Source of the DNA: a virus
Taxonomy: Duplodnaviria > Heunggongvirae > Uroviricota > Caudoviricetes
Virus record (IMG/VR): IMGVR_UViG_2698536646_000002
DNA: 25,058 bases
Reading direction: 5' to 3' (one strand)
The notes under the pieces are model-generated. The model was not told where the DNA came from, did not search any database, and saw nothing but the letters and a program-made list of their open reading frames with translations. The number at the start of each line of letters is the position of its first letter. Within the stretch, counting starts at the first letter, position 1. The position numbers and the translations under genes are program-made. Positions 11,938 through 24,336 of the stretch are shown piece after piece.

Positions 11938-14491
11938 ACCGGTAGGCGATCTGGTCGTTGATTTGAGTCTGGATGCGGCCAGATTTGACGAGCAGATGGC
12001 CAGAGTCAGGCGTCATTTTTCCGGTACGGAAAGTGATGCGAAAAAAACAGCGGCAGTCGTTGAACAGTCGCTGAGCCGACAGGCGCTGGCTGCACAGAAA
12101 GCGGGGATTTCCGTCGGGCAGTATAAAGCCGCCATGCGTATGCTGCCTGCACAGTTCACCGACGTGGCCACGCAGCTTGCAGGGGGGCAGAATCCCTGGC
12201 TGATCCTGCTGCAACAGGGTGGTCAGGTTAAGGACTCCTTCGGCGGGATGATCCCCATGTTCAGGGGGCTTGCCGGCGCGATCACCCTGCCGATGGTGGG
12301 GGCCACCTCGCTGGCGGTGGCGACCGGTGCGCTGGCGTATGCCTGGTATCAGGGCAACTCAACCCTGTCCGATTTCAACAAAACGCTGGTCCTTTCCGGT
12401 AATCAGGCGGGACTGACGGCAGATCGTATGCTGGTCCTGTCCAGAGCCGGGCAGGCGGCAGGGCTGACGTTTAACCAGACCAGCGAGTCACTCAGCGCAC
12501 TGGTTAAGGCGGGGGTAAGCGGTGAGGCTCAGATTGCGTCCATCAGCCAGAGTGTGGCGCGTTTCTCCTATGCATCCGGCGTGGAGGTGGACAAGGTCGC
12601 TGAAGCCTTCGGGAAGCTGACCACAGACCCGACGTCGGGGCTGACGGCGATGGCACGCCAGTTCCATAACGTGACGGCGGAGCAGATTGCGTATGTTGCT
12701 CAGTTGCAGCGTTCCGGCGATGAAGCCGGGGCATTGCAGGCGGCGAACGAGGCCGCAACGAAAGGGTTTGATGACCAGACCCGCCGCCTGAAAGAGAACA
12801 TGGGCACGCTGGAGACCTGGGCAGACAGGACTGCACGTGCATTCAAATCCATGTGGGATGCGGTGCTGGATATTGGTCGTCCTGATACCGCGCAGGAGAT
12901 GCTGATTAAGGCAGAGGCTGCGTTTAAGAAAGCAGACGACATCTGGAATCTGCGCAAGGATGATTATTTCGTTAACGATGAAGCACGGGCGCGTTACTGG
13001 GATGATCGTGAAAAAAAACGCCTGGAGCGGGATGCAGCCCAAAAGAGGGTAGATCAACAGCGTCAACAGGACAAAAATGCGCAGCAGCAGAGCGATACCG
13101 AAGCGTCACGGCTGAAATATACCGAAGAGGCGCAGAAGGCTTACGAACGGCTGCAGACGCCGCTGGAGAAATATACCGCCCGTCAGGAAGAACTGAACAA
13201 GGCACTGAAAGACGGAAAAATCCTGCAGGCAGATTACAACACGCTGATGGCGGCGGCGAAAAAGGATTATGAAGCGACGCTGAAAAAGCCGAAACAGTCC
13301 GGCGTGAAGGTGTATGCGGGCGATCGTCAGGAAGACAGTGCTCATGCGGCCCTGCTGACGCTTCAGGCAGAACTCCGGACGCTGGAGAAGCATGCCGGAG
13401 CGAATGAGAAAATCAGCCAGCAGCGCCGGGATTTGTGGAAGGCAGAAAGTCAGTTCGCGGTACTGGAGGAGGCGGCACAACGTCGCCAGCTGTCCGCACA
13501 GGAGAAATCCCTGCTGGCGCATAAAGACGAGACGCTGGAGTACAAACGCCAGCTGGCTGCACTTGGTGACAAGGTTACGTATCAGGAGCACCTGAATGCG
13601 CTGGCGCAGCAGGCGGATAAATTCGCACAGCAGCAACGGGCAAAACGGGCAGCCATTGATGCGAAAAACCGGGGGCTGACTGACCGGCAGGCAGCGCGGG
13701 AAGCCACGGAACAGCGCCTGAAGGAACAGTATGGCGATAATCCTCTGGCGCTGAATAACGTCATGTCAGAGCAGAAAAAGACCTGGGCGGCTGAAGACCA
13801 GCTTCGCGGGAGCTGGATGGCAGGCCTGAAGTCCGGCTGGAGTGAGTGGGAAGAGAGCGCCACGGACAGTATGTCACAGGTTAAAAGTGCAGCCACGCAG
13901 ACCTTTGATGGTATTGCACAGAATATGGCGGCGATGCTGACCGGCAGTGAACAGAACTGGCGCAGCTTCACCCGCTCCGTGCTGTCCATGATGACAGAAA
14001 TTCTGCTTAAGCAGGCAATGGTGGGGATTGTCGGGAGTATCGGCAGCGCCATTGGCGGGGCTGTTGGTGGCGGCGCATCCGCGTCAGGTGGTACAGCCAT
14101 TCAGGCCGCTGCGGTGAAATTCCATTTTGCAACCGGGGGATTTACGGGAACCGGCGGCAAATATGAGCCAGCGGGGATTGTTCACCGTGGTGAATTTGTC
14201 TTCACGAAGGAGGCAACCAGCCGGATTGGCGTGGGGAATCTCTACCGGCTGATGCGCGGCTATGCGGAAGGTGGTTATGTGGGCGGTGCCGGAAGTCCGG
14301 CGCAGATGCGGCGGGCTGAAGGCATTAATTTTAATCAGAACAATCACGTGGTGATTCAGAACGACGGTACGAATGGTCTGCCAGGTCCACAGATGATGAA
14401 GGCCGTGTATGACATGGCCCGCAAGGGTGCCCGTGATGAAATTCAGACACAGATGCGTGATGGTGGCCTGTTCTCCGGAGGTGGACGATGA
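11930..14491 (+). CDS. H: Tail tape measure protein H
   Basis: 853 aa, same length as lambda gpH. Long coiled-coil central region and Gly-rich C-terminal part. Start overlaps the T stop. Confidence 0.96.
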   Translation: MAEPVGDLVVDLSLDAARFDEQMARVRRHFSGTESDAKKTAAVVEQSLSRQALAAQKAGISVGQYKAAMRMLPAQFTDVATQLAGGQNPWLILLQQGGQVKDSFGGMIPMFRGLAGAITLPMVGATSLAVATGALAYAWYQGNSTLSDFNKTLVLSGNQAGLTADRMLVLSRAGQAAGLTFNQTSESLSALVKAGVSGEAQIASISQSVARFSYASGVEVDKVAEAFGKLTTDPTSGLTAMARQFHNVTAEQIAYVAQLQRSGDEAGALQAANEAATKGFDDQTRRLKENMGTLETWADRTARAFKSMWDAVLDIGRPDTAQEMLIKAEAAFKKADDIWNLRKDDYFVNDEARARYWDDREKKRLERDAAQKRVDQQRQQDKNAQQQSDTEASRLKYTEEAQKAYERLQTPLEKYTARQEELNKALKDGKILQADYNTLMAAAKKDYEATLKKPKQSGVKVYAGDRQEDSAHAALLTLQAELRTLEKHAGANEKISQQRRDLWKAESQFAVLEEAAQRRQLSAQEKSLLAHKDETLEYKRQLAALGDKVTYQEHLNALAQQADKFAQQQRAKRAAIDAKNRGLTDRQAAREATEQRLKEQYGDNPLALNNVMSEQKKTWAAEDQLRGSWMAGLKSGWSEWEESATDSMSQVKSAATQTFDGIAQNMAAMLTGSEQNWRSFTRSVLSMMTEILLKQAMVGIVGSIGSAIGGAVGGGASASGGTAIQAAAVKFHFATGGFTGTGGKYEPAGIVHRGEFVFTKEATSRIGVGNLYRLMRGYAEGGYVGGAGSPAQMRRAEGINFNQNNHVVIQNDGTNGLPGPQMMKAVYDMARKGARDEIQTQMRDGGLFSGGGR

Positions 14492-14817
14492 AAACCTTCC
14501 GCTGGAAAGTGAAACCCGGTATGGATGTGGCTTCGGCCCCTTCTGTAAGAAAGGTGCGCTTTGGTGATGGCTATTCCCAGCGAGCGCCTGCCGGGCTGAA
14601 TGCCAACCTGAAAACGTACAGCGTGACGCTTTCTGTCCCCCGTGAGGAGGCCATGGTACTGGAGTCGTTTCTGGAAGAGCACGGGGGCTGGAAAGCCTTT
14701 CTGTGGACGCCGCCTTATGAGTGGCGGCAGATAAAGGTGACCTGCGCAAAATGGTCGTCGCGGGTCAGTATGCTGCGTGTTGAGTTCAGCGCAGAGTTTG
14801 AACAGGTGGTGAACTGA
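14488..14817 (+). CDS. M: Tail tip protein M
   Basis: 109 aa, MKTFRWKVKPGMDVASAPSVRKVRFGDGYSQRAP... Matches lambda gpM. Confidence 0.95.
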   Translation: MKTFRWKVKPGMDVASAPSVRKVRFGDGYSQRAPAGLNANLKTYSVTLSVPREEAMVLESFLEEHGGWKAFLWTPPYEWRQIKVTCAKWSSRVSMLRVEFSAEFEQVVN

Positions 14818-15258
14818 TGCAGGATATCCGGCAGGAAACACTGAATGAATGCACCCGTGCGGAGCAGTCGGCCAGCGTGGTGCTCTGGGAAATCGATCTG
14901 ACAGAGGTCGGTGGAGAACGTTATTTTTTCTGTAATGAGCAGAACGAAAAAGGTGAGCCGGTCACCTGGCAGGGGCGACAGTATCAGCCGTATCCCATTC
15001 AGGGGAGTGGTTTTGAACTGAATGGCAAAGGCACCAGTACGCGCCCCACGCTGATGGTTTCTAACCTGTNNNNNNNNNNNNNNGACCTATCGCGGCGATG
15101 AGTGCGGTTATCACGGTCCGGCGGTCGCGGATGAATATGACCAGCCAACGTCCGACATCACGAAGGATAAATGCAGCAAATGCCTGAGTGGCTGTAAGTT
15201 TCGCAATAACGTCGGCAACTTTGGCGGCTTCCTTTCCATTAACAAACTTTCGCAGTAA
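14817..15258 (+). CDS. L: Tail tip protein L (interrupted by a 14-N assembly gap; internal sequence missing)
   Basis: N-terminus MQDIRQETLNECTRAEQSASVVLWEIDL... and, after the gap, C-terminus ...TYRGDECGYHGPAVADEYDQPTSDITKDKCSKCLSGCKFRNNVGNFGGFLSINKLSQ both match lambda gpL. The apparent length is well short of lambda's 232 aa (about 260 nt missing), so the N-run understates the real gap. Confidence 0.85.
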
Positions 15259-15263
15259 ATCCC

Positions 15264-16007
15264 ATGACAGAGACAGAATCAGCGATTCTGGCGCACGCCC
15301 GGCGATGTGCTCCAGCGGAGTCGTGCGGCTTCGTGGTAAGAACGCCGGAGGGGGAAAGATATTTCCCCTGCGTGAATATCTCCGGTGAGCCGGAGGCGTA
15401 TTTCCGTATGTCGCCGGAAGACTGGCTGCAGGCAGAGATGCAGGGTGAGATTGTGGCACTGGTCCACAGCCACCCCGGTGGTCTGCCCTGGCTGAGTGAG
15501 GCCGACCGGCGGCTGCAGGTGCAGAGTGATTTGCCGTGGTGGCTGGTCTGCCGGGGGGCGATTCACAAGTTCCGCTGTGTGCCACATCTTACCGGGCGGC
15601 GCTTTGAGCACGGGGTGACGGACTGTTACACGCTGTTCCGGGATGCTTACCATCTGGCGGGGATTGAGATGCCGGATTTTCATCGTGAGGATGACTGGTG
15701 GCGTCACGGTCAGAATCTCTATCTGGATAATCTGGAGGCCACAGGGCTGTATCAGGTGCCGTTGTCAGCGGCGCAGCCGGGCGATGTGCTGCTGTGCTGT
15801 TTTGGTTCATCGGTGCCGAATCATGCCGCCATTTACTGTGGTGACGGCGAGCTGCTGCACCATATTCCTGAACAACTGAGCAAACGAGAGAGGTATACCG
15901 ACAAATGGCAGCGACGCACACACTCCCTCTGGCGTCACCGGGCATGGCACGCATCTGCCTTTACGGGGATTTGCAACGATTTGGCCGCCGCATCGACCTT
16001 CGTGTGA
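15264..16007 (+). CDS. K: Tail tip assembly protein K (JAMM/MPN plus NlpC/P60 peptidase-like domains); canonical lambda start would be the ATG at 15408
   Basis: The C-terminal 199 aa from ATG 15408 (MSPEDWLQAEMQGEIVALVHSHPGGLPWLSEADRR...) match lambda gpK and have a GGAGG SD upstream. The open frame extends in-frame to an ATG at 15264, 6 nt after the L stop. The HSHx7Sx2D motif is visible in the sequence. 3' end overlaps I as in lambda. Confidence 0.8.
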   Translation: MTETESAILAHARRCAPAESCGFVVRTPEGERYFPCVNISGEPEAYFRMSPEDWLQAEMQGEIVALVHSHPGGLPWLSEADRRLQVQSDLPWWLVCRGAIHKFRCVPHLTGRRFEHGVTDCYTLFRDAYHLAGIEMPDFHREDDWWRHGQNLYLDNLEATGLYQVPLSAAQPGDVLLCCFGSSVPNHAAIYCGDGELLHHIPEQLSKRERYTDKWQRRTHSLWRHRAWHASAFTGICNDLAAASTFV

Positions 16008-16576
16008 AAACGGGTGCCGAAGCCATCCGGGCGATGGCCACACAGCTCCCTGCGTTTCGTCAGAAGCTGAGCGACGGCTGGTATCAGGTGCGTATTGCCG
16101 GGCAGGATGTTAGCACGTCCGGATTAACGGCACAGTTACATGAGGCTCTGCCTGACGGCGCTGTGATTCATATTGTTCCCAGAGTCGCCGGGGCCAAGTC
16201 AGGTGGTGTATTCCAGATTGTCCTGGGAGCAGCCGCCATTGCCGGATCATTCTTTACCGCCGGAGCCACCCTTGCAGCATGGGGGGCTGCCATTGGTGCC
16301 GGTGGTATGACCGGCATTCTGTTTTCTCTCGGTGCCAGTATGGTGCTCGGCGGTGTGGCTCAGATGCTGGCACCGAAAGCCAGAACTCCCCGCACACAGA
16401 CAACGGATAACGGTAAGCAGAACACCTATTTCTCCTCACTGGATAACATGGTTGCCCAGGGCAATGTTATGCCTGTTCTGTATGGTGAAATGCGCGTGGG
16501 GTCACGTGTGGTATCTCAGGAGATCAGCACGGCAGACGAAGGGGACGGTGGTCAGGTTGTGGTGATTGGTCGCTGA
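15905..16576 (+). CDS. I: Tail tip assembly protein I
   Basis: 223 aa, MAATHTLPLASPGMARICLYGDLQRFGRRIDLRV... Matches lambda gpI. Confidence 0.95.
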   Translation: MAATHTLPLASPGMARICLYGDLQRFGRRIDLRVKTGAEAIRAMATQLPAFRQKLSDGWYQVRIAGQDVSTSGLTAQLHEALPDGAVIHIVPRVAGAKSGGVFQIVLGAAAIAGSFFTAGATLAAWGAAIGAGGMTGILFSLGASMVLGGVAQMLAPKARTPRTQTTDNGKQNTYFSSLDNMVAQGNVMPVLYGEMRVGSRVVSQEISTADEGDGGQVVVIGR

Positions 16577-16633
16577 TGCAAAATGTTTTATGTGAAATCG
16601 CCTCCGGGCGGTTTTATCGTTTATGGAGCATGA

Positions 16634-19903
<3,270 letters not shown>

Positions 19904-19925
19904 AATATTTATAACCCCAATAAAT

Positions 19926-19949
19926 GGCGTCAGGAATGACGCCTTTTTT
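19926..19949 (+). terminator. Rho-independent terminator downstream of J
   Basis: GGCGTCA-GGAA-TGACGCC stem-loop followed by TTTTTT. Confidence 0.7.
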
Positions 19950-19973
19950 ATTGCAGAAAAGCGAGAGGTAATT

Positions 19974-20456
19974 ATGCGTAAAGTTTGTGCAGCCATTTTG
20001 TCCGCAGCCATTTGCCTGGCCGTATCCGGTGCGCCTGCATGGGCGTCTGAACATCAGTCCACGCTGAGCGCGGGGTATCTTCATGCCCGGACCAACGTTC
20101 CCGGCAGTGATGATCTGAACGGGATTAACGTGAAATACCGTTATGAGTTTACGGATACGCTGGGGCTGGTGACGTCATTCAGCTATGCAGGAGACAAGAA
20201 TCGCCAGCTGACCCGTTACAGCGATACCCGCTGGCATGAAGATTCCGTGCGTAACCGCTGGTTCAGCGTGATGGCGGGGCCGTCTGTGCGCGTGAATGAA
20301 TGGTTCAGCGCGTATGCGATGGCGGGTGTGGCTTACAGCCGTGTGTCGACTTTTTCCGGGGATTATATCCGCGTAACTGACAATAAGGGGAAAACGCACG
20401 ATGTGCTGACCGGAAGTGATGACGGTCGCCACAGCAACACGTCTCTGGCGCACTGA
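19974..20456 (+). CDS. lom: Lom-like outer membrane protein (Ail/PagC/OmpX family), apparently frameshifted near the 3' end
   Basis: Signal-peptide-like N-terminus MRKVCAAILSAAICLAVSGAPAWA and Ail/Lom family motifs (GINVKYRYEFTD, SVMAGP, AYAMAGVAYSR). The ORF stops at 20456 after ...SNTSLAH, while the conserved Lom C-terminus WRTDGFIVGVGYKF-stop is encoded in another frame at 20446-20490. Confidence 0.75.
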   Translation: MRKVCAAILSAAICLAVSGAPAWASEHQSTLSAGYLHARTNVPGSDDLNGINVKYRYEFTDTLGLVTSFSYAGDKNRQLTRYSDTRWHEDSVRNRWFSVMAGPSVRVNEWFSAYAMAGVAYSRVSTFSGDYIRVTDNKGKTHDVLTGSDDGRHSNTSLAH

Positions 20457-20513
20457 CGGTTTCATCGTGGGTGTCGGTTATAAATTCTGATTAGCCAGGT
20501 AACACAGTGTTAT

Positions 20514-20542
20514 GACAGCCCGCCGGTTCAGGCGGGCTTTTT
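20514..20542 (+). terminator. Rho-independent terminator downstream of lom
   Basis: AGCCCGCC-GGTTCA-GGCGGGCT stem-loop followed by TTTTTTG. Confidence 0.75.
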
Positions 20543-20554
20543 TGTGGGGTGAAT

Positions 20555-23500
20555 ATGGCAGTAAAGATTTCAGGTGTACTGAAAGACGGCACAGGAAAAC
20601 CGGTACAGAACTGCACAATCCAGCTGAAAGCAAAACGTAACAGCACCACGGTGGTGGTGAACACGCTGGCCTCAGAAAATCCGGATGAAGCCGGGCGTTA
20701 CAGCATGGACGTTGAGTACGGTCAGTACAGCGTTATTCTGTTGGTGGAAGGATTCCCGCCGTCACATGCCGGGACCATCACCGTGTATGAAGATTCCCGA
20801 CCCGGTACGCTGAATGATTTTCTCGGTGCCATGACGGAGGATGATGCCCGTCCGGAGGCACTGCGCCGTTTTGAGCTGATGGTGGAAGAGGTGGCGCGTA
20901 ACGCGTCCGCGGTGGCACAGAACACGGCAGCCGCGAAGAAATCAGCCAGCGATGCCAGCACATCAGCCCGTGAGGCGGCAACCCATGCGACTGATGCTGC
21001 AGATTCAGCACGTGCAGCCAGCACGTCAGCCGGACAGGCCGCTTCGTCGGCTCAGTCAGCGTCTTCCAGCGCAGGAACGGCATCAACAAAGGCCACTGAA
21101 GCCTCAAAAAGTGCTGCCGCTGCAGAGTCCTCAAAAAGCGCGGCGGCTACCAGTGCCGGTGCGGCGAAAACGTTAGAAACGAATGCGGCAGCGTCACAAC
21201 AATCAGCAGCCACTTCTGCATCCACCGCGACCACGAAAGCGTCAGAAGCTGCCACCTCAGCCCGGGATGCGTCGGCTTCAAAAGAGGCGGCAAAATCATC
21301 AGAAACGAACGCATCATCAAGCGCCAGTAGCGCAGCTTCCTCGGCGACGGCGGCTGCAAATTCTGCGAAGGCGGCCAAAACGTCCGAGACGAACGCCAGG
21401 TCTTCTGAAACGGCAGCGGGACAGAGTGCCTCAGCTGCGGCAGGCTCAAAAACAGCGGCTGCGTCGTCTGCCAGCGCCGCGTCAACAAGTGCCGGGCAGG
21501 CCTCAGCCAGTGCCACCGCCGCCGGAAAATCGGCAGAAAGCGCCGCATCATCCGCTTCAACAGCCACAACGAAGGCTGGCGAAGCCACTGAGCAGGCCAC
21601 GGCAGCAGCGAGGTCAGCTTCCGCAGCGAAGACATCCGAAACGAACGCGAAAGCGTCGGAAACCCGTGCAGAATCCTCAAAAACGGCTGCCGCATCGTCC
21701 GCCAGTTCGGCGGCGTCATCGGCATCATCGGCGTCTGCTTCAAAAGATGAGGCGACCAGACAGGCGTCAGCAGCGAAGGGCAGCGCCACGACGGCATCCA
21801 CGAAGGCGACAGAGGCTGCTGGTAGTGCGACGGCAGCAGCTCAGAGCAAAAGTACGGCGGAATCTGCAGCAACGCGCGCTGAGACAGCGGCAAAACGGGC
21901 AGAGGATATTGCATCCGCCGTGGCGCTTGAGGATGCGAGCACGACGAAAAAGGGGATAGTACAGCTCAGTAGTGCGACTAACAGCACTTCCGAGTCACTG
22001 GCGGCAACACCAAAAGCCGTTAAGGCCGCGTATGACCTGGCTAACGGGAAATACACCGCACAGGATGCAACGACAGCACAGAAAGGGATAATCCAGCTAA
22101 GCAGCGCGACCAACAGCACGTCTGAAACGCTGGCGGCAACGCCAAAGGCAGTAAAAGCAGCCAATGACAATGCTGAGAAACGTCTGCAGAAAGATCAGAA
22201 CGGTGCGGATATCCCTGGCAAAGACACCTTTACGAAAAATATTGGTGCCTGCCGTGCCTTCGGTGGGTCAGTAAGCACAACAACAGGAAACTGGACGACT
22301 GCACAGTTTATCGAGTGGCTGGATTCTCAGGGAGCATTTAACCATCCATACTGGATGTGCAAGGGTTCCTGGTCTTATGGCAATAATAAAATCATTACTG
22401 ATACTGGCTGCGGTAATATTCATCTCGCCGGAGCTGTCATTGAAGTAATGGGGATAAAGTCAGCGATGACGATCCGCATTACCACTCCGACCACATCCAG
22501 CGGTGGCGGAACAACCAACGCCCAGTTTACCTATATTAATCACGGAACAGATTATTCACCTGGCTGGCGAAGGGACTATAACTCCAGAAATAAGCCAACG
22601 GCATCAGAGATCGGGGCGCTACCGTCAGGTGGAACAGCAGTATCATCAGTTAATCTGGCTTCAAAAGGTCGGGTAGCCGCGCTGACAGACAATACGCAGG
22701 GGGCAGCAGGTCTTGAGTTATACGAGGTGTATAACAACGGATATCCAACAGCGTATGGAAATATCATTCACCTGAAAGGGATGACAGCCGTTGGCGAAGG
22801 TGAGTTACTCATCGGCTGGAGTGGTACAAGCGGTGCTCATGCTCCGGCATTTATTCGTTCACGACGGGATACGACCGACGCAAACTGGTCGCCGTGGGCG
22901 CAGCTTTACACCTCGGCTCATCCTCCTGCAGAGTTTTATCCAGTCGGTGCACCAATCCCGTGGCCATCAGATACCGTTCCGTCTGGTTATGCCCTGATGC
23001 AGGGGCAGACTTTTGACAAATCTGCTTACCCGAAACTTGCAGCCGCTTATCCGTCAGGCGTGATCCCTGATATGCGTGGCTGGACGATTAAGGGCAAGCC
23101 CGCCAGTGGTCGTGCCGTATTGTCTCAGGAACAGGATGGCATTAAATCGCACACCCACAGCGCCAGCGCATCCAGTACGGATTTGGGGACGAAAACCACA
23201 TCGTCGTTTGATTACGGCACTAAATCCACGAATAACACCGGGGCGCATACGCACAGTCTGAGCGGCTCTACAAGTTCAGCTGGGGCCCACCAACATAGTC
23301 AGACTGGGCCCAGAACGAATAGCGGGAGTCAACCTACTGGAATGTTTCCGGCAGGGAGTACTCAAGTTAGCGGGACTAATCAGGTTGGTATCAGTGGCTC
23401 ATTAACCAGTGGCACCTCCCAATGGGTAGGTAAATCATCTTCAGAAGGAAACCATACACACTCACTGTCCGGCACAGCAGCATCTGCGGGTGCACACGCG

Positions 23501-23638
23501 CATACTGTCGGTATTGGTGCTCATACGCACTCTGTTGCGATTGGTTCACATGGACACACCATCACCGTTAACGCTGCTGGTAACGCGGAAAACACCGTCA
23601 AAAACATCGCATTTAACTATATTGTGAGGCTCGCATAA
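20555..23638 (+). CDS. stf: Side tail fiber protein Stf (intact, Ur-lambda type) with expanded Ala/Ser-rich repeat region and His-box C-terminus
   Basis: ATG at 20555 gives [36 protein letters not shown]..., matching the lambda Stf N-terminus. It contains a long low-complexity Ala/Ser/Thr region with recurring K(T/S)SETNA units and two tandem KGI(V/I)[11 protein letters not shown](S/T)[11 protein letters not shown] repeats. The C-terminus has repeated (G/S)(A/S)H(T/A)H(S/T) motifs and ends ...[18 protein letters not shown], like lambda Stf as recalled. 1027 aa. Confidence 0.9.
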   Translation: MAVKISGVLKDGTGKPVQNCTIQLKAKRNSTTVVVNTLASENPDEAGRYSMDVEYGQYSVILLVEGFPPSHAGTITVYEDSRPGTLNDFLGAMTEDDARPEALRRFELMVEEVARNASAVAQNTAAAKKSASDASTSAREAATHATDAADSARAASTSAGQAASSAQSASSSAGTASTKATEASKSAAAAESSKSAAATSAGAAKTLETNAAASQQSAATSASTATTKASEAATSARDASASKEAAKSSETNASSSASSAASSATAAANSAKAAKTSETNARSSETAAGQSASAAAGSKTAAASSASAASTSAGQASASATAAGKSAESAASSASTATTKAGEATEQATAAARSASAAKTSETNAKASETRAESSKTAAASSASSAASSASSASASKDEATRQASAAKGSATTASTKATEAAGSATAAAQSKSTAESAATRAETAAKRAEDIASAVALEDASTTKKGIVQLSSATNSTSESLAATPKAVKAAYDLANGKYTAQDATTAQKGIIQLSSATNSTSETLAATPKAVKAANDNAEKRLQKDQNGADIPGKDTFTKNIGACRAFGGSVSTTTGNWTTAQFIEWLDSQGAFNHPYWMCKGSWSYGNNKIITDTGCGNIHLAGAVIEVMGIKSAMTIRITTPTTSSGGGTTNAQFTYINHGTDYSPGWRRDYNSRNKPTASEIGALPSGGTAVSSVNLASKGRVAALTDNTQGAAGLELYEVYNNGYPTAYGNIIHLKGMTAVGEGELLIGWSGTSGAHAPAFIRSRRDTTDANWSPWAQLYTSAHPPAEFYPVGAPIPWPSDTVPSGYALMQGQTFDKSAYPKLAAAYPSGVIPDMRGWTIKGKPASGRAVLSQEQDGIKSHTHSASASSTDLGTKTTSSFDYGTKSTNNTGAHTHSLSGSTSSAGAHQHSQTGPRTNSGSQPTGMFPAGSTQVSGTNQVGISGSLTSGTSQWVGKSSSEGNHTHSLSGTAASAGAHAHTVGIGAHTHSVAIGSHGHTITVNAAGNAENTVKNIAFNYIVRLA
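21950..22162 (+). repeat. Diverged tandem repeat (two 81-nt units, period 132 nt) inside stf encoding the tail-fiber repeat motif
   Basis: Units at 21950-22030 and 22082-22162 encode [26 protein letters not shown] and [26 protein letters not shown]. Confidence 0.8.
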
Positions 23639-24219
23639 TGGCATTCAGAATGAGTGAACAAGCACGGACCATAAAAATTTATAACCTGCTGGCCGGAACT
23701 AATGAATTTATTGGTGAAGGTGACGCATATATTCCGCCTCATACAGGTCTGCCTGCAAACAGTACCGATATTGCACCGCCAGATATTCCGGCTGGTTTCG
23801 TGGCTGTTTTCAACAGTGATGAGTCATCGTGGCATCTCGTTGAAGATCATCGGGGTAAAACGGTTTATGACGTGGCTTCCGGCGACGCGTTATTTATTTC
23901 TGAACTCGGCTCATTACCGGAAAATGTCACCTGGTTATCCCCGGAAGGGGAGTTTCAGAAGTGGAACGGCACAGCCTGGGTGAAGGATACGGAAGCAGAA
24001 AAACTGTTCCGGATCCGGGAGGCGGAAGAAACAAAAAACAGCCTGATGCAGGTAGCCAGTGAGCATATAGCGCCGCTTCAGGATGCTGTGGATCTGGAGA
24101 TCGCAACGGAGAAAGAAACCTTGTTGCTGGAAGCTTGGAAAAAGTATCGGGTGTTGCTGAACCGTGTTGATACATCAACTGCACCGGATATTGAATGGCC
24201 AGTAGCACCTATAGGGTAA
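23638..24219 (+). CDS. tfa: Tail fiber assembly protein Tfa
   Basis: 193 aa, [37 protein letters not shown]... Matches lambda Tfa. ATG overlaps the stf stop (TAATG). Confidence 0.93.
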   Translation: MAFRMSEQARTIKIYNLLAGTNEFIGEGDAYIPPHTGLPANSTDIAPPDIPAGFVAVFNSDESSWHLVEDHRGKTVYDVASGDALFISELGSLPENVTWLSPEGEFQKWNGTAWVKDTEAEKLFRIREAEETKNSLMQVASEHIAPLQDAVDLEIATEKETLLLEAWKKYRVLLNRVDTSTAPDIEWPVAPIG

Positions 24220-24298
24220 ATTCGTAATGATTACCTAAATACGTTATTCTTTTGTTAAAAAAGTGATTTTGCTATAGGTAGGGAGTATGTTCTTGGAT

Positions 24299-24336
24299 TA
24301 AGAATAAAAAATCGCCATGAAAGAGCTTCATGGCGA
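24299..24336 (-). terminator. Candidate rho-independent terminator for a leftward (minus-strand) transcript
   Basis: Perfect 10-bp inverted repeat 24312-24321 / 24327-24336 (TCGCCATGAA ... TTCATGGCGA) with a 5-nt loop. On the minus strand it is followed by TTTTTTATTCTT (plus-strand A-run 24299-24311). Confidence 0.5.

Noticed and set aside
20930-21950. Repetitive stf region as a possible CRISPR array or other non-coding repeat locus
   Set aside because: The repeats are in-frame coding repeats within a continuous ORF. There are no direct repeats of fixed length separated by unique spacers, and no leader.
21052-21959. Long ORFs inside stf: 21183..21959 (+, 258 aa, Arg/Gln/Pro-rich), 21052..21801 (-, 249 aa, Ala/Asp-rich) and 21147..21914 (-, 255 aa)
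   Set aside because: They are alternative-frame and antisense readings of the GC-rich Ala/Ser codon repeats of stf. Their composition is extremely biased, they have no start context, and the stf frame is the one matching the lambda protein.
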